Assembly (NCBI GenBank): GCA_050173015.1
Contig: JBFXLE010000003.1
Span: forward strand, 1 to 64,000
Direction of reading: 5' to 3'
Length of the DNA: 64,000 nt
Origin: Calditrichaceae bacterium
GTDB lineage: Bacteria; Calditrichota; Calditrichia; Calditrichales; JBFXGD01
Position numbers and translations under genes: made by a program. The notes under the pieces were generated by a model. It worked only from the letters and a program-made list of their open reading frames with translations. It ran no database searches and had not been told where the DNA came from. This document shows positions 61,301 through 64,000 of this stretch, piece by piece (position 1 is the stretch's first letter; each line of letters starts with the position of its first letter).

Positions 61301-61714
61301 TTAAATTCTTTTACGGAGGTTTTTACAAAGATCGCCAAGGGATATTTTATACAGCATTTCTTTTAGATGTCCCCTTTCTTCCTGCCAGTAGAAGTGCATC
61401 GGACAGGGATCTTCATCCGTACAAGAGTCAAATCCCAGGATACAGCGGGTATAGTCTTCAAGCCCTTCCACAACATCGACTATTTGATAGAGATAGATAT
61501 CGGATTTATCCCTGATAATCCGATATCCGCCCTGATTACCCTGAAGAGAAGATACCAAACCTGCTTCCGATAAATCATGCATCAGTTTCGCCAGATATTT
61601 GTAAGGTATATCAAGTTCTTTATGAAGATGATTAACGGAATATATCTGATTCTCATCATTTGCAAGATAGATCAAGGCTCTGATGGCGTATTCGGTGGTT
61701 TTTGATAATCTCAA
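61301..61714 (-). CDS. Rrf2-family transcriptional regulator (3 Cys + His)
   Basis: TEYAIRAL, QGNQGGY, CILGFDSCTDEDPCPMH. Confidence 0.93.
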   Translation of the reverse strand: MRLSKTTEYAIRALIYLANDENQIYSVNHLHKELDIPYKYLAKLMHDLSEAGLVSSLQGNQGGYRIIRDKSDIYLYQIVDVVEGLEDYTRCILGFDSCTDEDPCPMHFYWQEERGHLKEMLYKISLGDLCKNLRKRI

Positions 61715-61733
61715 ACTTCCATCCGTGATTTAA

Positions 61734-62909
61734 CTAATGTTCGTGCCGCGGCAGGCTTTCGACCAGATACGGATCATTAACCGGGATAAGATTTCCTTTA
61801 GAAAGCTGCTTTAACACCATCCAGAAGAACACAGAGAGAACAGCGATCATAGGCCCTATTTCCCAGATCCCAAAGGCCGGTTCAGCTCCAAATACCGTCG
61901 GCATAACCATAATATAGAGATCAAGCCAGTGGCCTATCAGGATGACGACAGCCATGTACAGCATGATTTTGTCATTCCGTTTTGTCGAACGCGGCAGCAG
62001 TACCAAAAAAGGTATCAACCAGTTTAGAATTACATTTAAAAAGGACAATGATCCCCATCCCCCGAAATGGCGGAAAATATAATAGGAAGTTTCTTCGGGT
62101 ATATTTGAATACCAGATAAGCATATGCTGCGATACCCACATATATACCCAAAAAACGCTAAACGACATAAGTAACCGACCCATATCGTGCAGGTGATCTG
62201 TTGTGTAGATATGTTTGTAGCCAAGGTTTCTCATGATTACCATAAATACCGTAATAATCGCGAGTCCGCTCAGGAACATTCCCGAGATAGATAGAAATCC
62301 AAATACCGTGCTGTACCAATGCGGCTGCAGCGACATGAGCAGATCGATGCTTGCCAGAGCGAAGGTATAAGCTCCCAGAATGATAAATATGGCCGAATTT
62401 CGAACATTTCTTCCGGTATAAAGAGCATCACTATTTTGATCCTGCAGCCGTGAATTTTTTTCTATGATTTTTGCAAAGAAAATCCAGACAAAAAAATAAA
62501 AAACCAACCTGCCGATAAAAAAGTTCTTATTCAGCCATCCGGCTTTCCCGCTCAGAATATCATCGCTGACCACTACAGAGTGATGACTCCATTCATATAG
62601 CGTATGAACTCCAAAAATAAGTATGATGCCCCCGATTGCCGCCGCGGGCAACGTTGACATGACCGCTTCCGGAATCCGCCGGAACGCTGTTCCCCATCCG
62701 GCATTGGAAACATATAAGACCGCGATAAAAAACGCTCCGCCCAGACCAAGACTAATCAAATAGAATTCCGCGATTAAAAAATTTGGCCAGATACGCCCCG
62801 GCGCCGTGAACAGACCGGCCACAAAAATGAGTAATCCCACACCCGCCAGACTGATCAAATAACGGTTAACAGATTTGGGAATGACCAATCCCGATATATT
62901 TTTTATCAT
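61734..62909 (-). CDS. actF: Alternative complex III subunit ActF
   Basis: Multi-TM; RRIPEA, LMSLQPHWYST, HLHDMGR, WYSNIPEE. Confidence 0.88.
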   Translation of the reverse strand: MIKNISGLVIPKSVNRYLISLAGVGLLIFVAGLFTAPGRIWPNFLIAEFYLISLGLGGAFFIAVLYVSNAGWGTAFRRIPEAVMSTLPAAAIGGIILIFGVHTLYEWSHHSVVVSDDILSGKAGWLNKNFFIGRLVFYFFVWIFFAKIIEKNSRLQDQNSDALYTGRNVRNSAIFIILGAYTFALASIDLLMSLQPHWYSTVFGFLSISGMFLSGLAIITVFMVIMRNLGYKHIYTTDHLHDMGRLLMSFSVFWVYMWVSQHMLIWYSNIPEETSYYIFRHFGGWGSLSFLNVILNWLIPFLVLLPRSTKRNDKIMLYMAVVILIGHWLDLYIMVMPTVFGAEPAFGIWEIGPMIAVLSVFFWMVLKQLSKGNLIPVNDPYLVESLPRHEH

Positions 62910-63472
62910 GGCTGACTCTCTTGTAATTTTCTTACATAGGCTATTGCCTGCCAGCGATCCACTCGCTCAATTTGTGTCGCGTAGGGCGGCATATTGTTAA
63001 GACCAAACGTAATTGTATGATAAATCTGTCCATCCTTCATGTTTCTGACCCTGTCAAGCAGCAGAGATGGCGGAGGAGGATACCCTCTATTTACAACGGG
63101 TCCGTCGCCCTTACCGCCCGGACCGTGACACAACTGGCAAAATGTTTGATAAACCAGCTGCCCCCTTGCTAAATCGGCCTGGTTTTCGGGACCGAACGGA
63201 TTGAACAATTCATCACCCGCCCGAACAGCTTCCGTGGCTGAAGCGCCGTAATGGAGTGGCATCATATCCCTTGGAATGGTTCCGTCCACTGTTTTTTGCT
63301 GTGTCTGACCGTTGTGAAAAAAAGGGTTGGGAGTCTGTGATTTATAAGCAAACGATTTCGCCATGTCCGGGAAATAATCCCTGTTACGTTTTTCAGGATC
63401 CTGTCCCAATAATATCCTTAATATAAATAAGGTGCCGACGATTATTATGGTAACGCCGAATAGCTTCTTCAC
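62906..63472 (-). CDS. actE: Alternative complex III monoheme cytochrome c ActE
   Basis: PDM, GTIPR, CQLCH, DGQIYHTI, MP, DRW. Confidence 0.88.
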   Translation of the reverse strand: MKKLFGVTIIIVGTLFILRILLGQDPEKRNRDYFPDMAKSFAYKSQTPNPFFHNGQTQQKTVDGTIPRDMMPLHYGASATEAVRAGDELFNPFGPENQADLARGQLVYQTFCQLCHGPGGKGDGPVVNRGYPPPPSLLLDRVRNMKDGQIYHTITFGLNNMPPYATQIERVDRWQAIAYVRKLQESQP

Positions 63473-63996
63473 TTACCAGCCTCCATATACTCCTTGATAT
63501 CAATGACATGAAATTCTTCCCATATCTTTTTCAGCATTTCCGCATCATAGGACGCGTTTTTTTCTTCCAGCGCAAGCACAAAATGGTCATCTGTTACACG
63601 ACGATCTACAAGTTTTTTCAAATTTCCGGGATAAAGTTTTGTTCTGAAAAGCATCGTGAATACAACTCCCAGTCCACCAATCAGAATGGTCATTTCGAAC
63701 ATTACCGGCAGGTAGGCCGGAAGTGAATTAAATGGTTTCCCGCCTACATTAAGCGGCCAGTCAATTGATCCGATCCAGAACTGTGTGTAAACAGCCAGTA
63801 ACAATCCCAATGCCGCTGAGATCAAACATACCCATGTCAGTTTACTCGGTTTGAGTCCCATGGCTTCATCCAGCCCGTGAACCGCATAGGGAGTATAGAT
63901 GTCAAAAATATCATAACCGGCTGACCGGGTGGCCCGTGTGGCCCGGATGATATCATCTTCATCAGCAAATATTCCCAACAATAACGGATTTTTCAT
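63469..63996 (-). CDS. actD: Alternative complex III subunit ActD (DUF3341)
   Basis: YTPYAVHGLD, DWPLNVGGKP, FEMTIL. Confidence 0.9.
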   Translation of the reverse strand: MKNPLLLGIFADEDDIIRATRATRSAGYDIFDIYTPYAVHGLDEAMGLKPSKLTWVCLISAALGLLLAVYTQFWIGSIDWPLNVGGKPFNSLPAYLPVMFEMTILIGGLGVVFTMLFRTKLYPGNLKKLVDRRVTDDHFVLALEEKNASYDAEMLKKIWEEFHVIDIKEYMEAGK

Positions 63997-64000
63997 TTAT

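Overview
Bacterial chromosomal window. Gene content (T9SS/FlgD-type C-terminal sorting domains, alternative complex III, LPS heptose epimerase, sigma-54 systems) suggests a diderm FCB-related lineage such as Calditrichota or Ignavibacteriota; this is inference. Positions ~1-3500 are an AT-rich accessory region just downstream of tRNA-Leu(CAA) and read as a decayed 'reverse-orientation' integron, all on the minus strand: promoter -> short intI-like remnant fused in frame to a ~105-codon basic protein -> phased array of TTCTAATATTAGAA palindromes -> attI-like site -> cassette (260 aa) -> two stacked attC sites enclosing an ORF-less 149-bp cassette with matched non-canonical GAT/ATC cores -> cassette (232 aa) -> attC -> cassette (169 aa). 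This small protein + palindrome array + attI module is the best candidate here for an undescribed system. The rest is mostly housekeeping and metabolic: NosL-like, TlpA, glnA, a solo CIRCE-controlled groEL, folB-folK-dNK, HD-GYP, SNF2, peptidases, hldD, a deoxyhypusine-synthase-like gene, a variant UDG, a sigma-54 two-component module, a GT2/LAB_N/ArnT trio, PMM/PGM, recR-ybaB-dnaX (A10 slippage site)-ffs-tRNA-Ala, a fructokinase-SPS-sucrose synthase operon, and actD-actE-actF-rrf2-qNOR. All product calls come from motif recognition by eye; no database searches were run.
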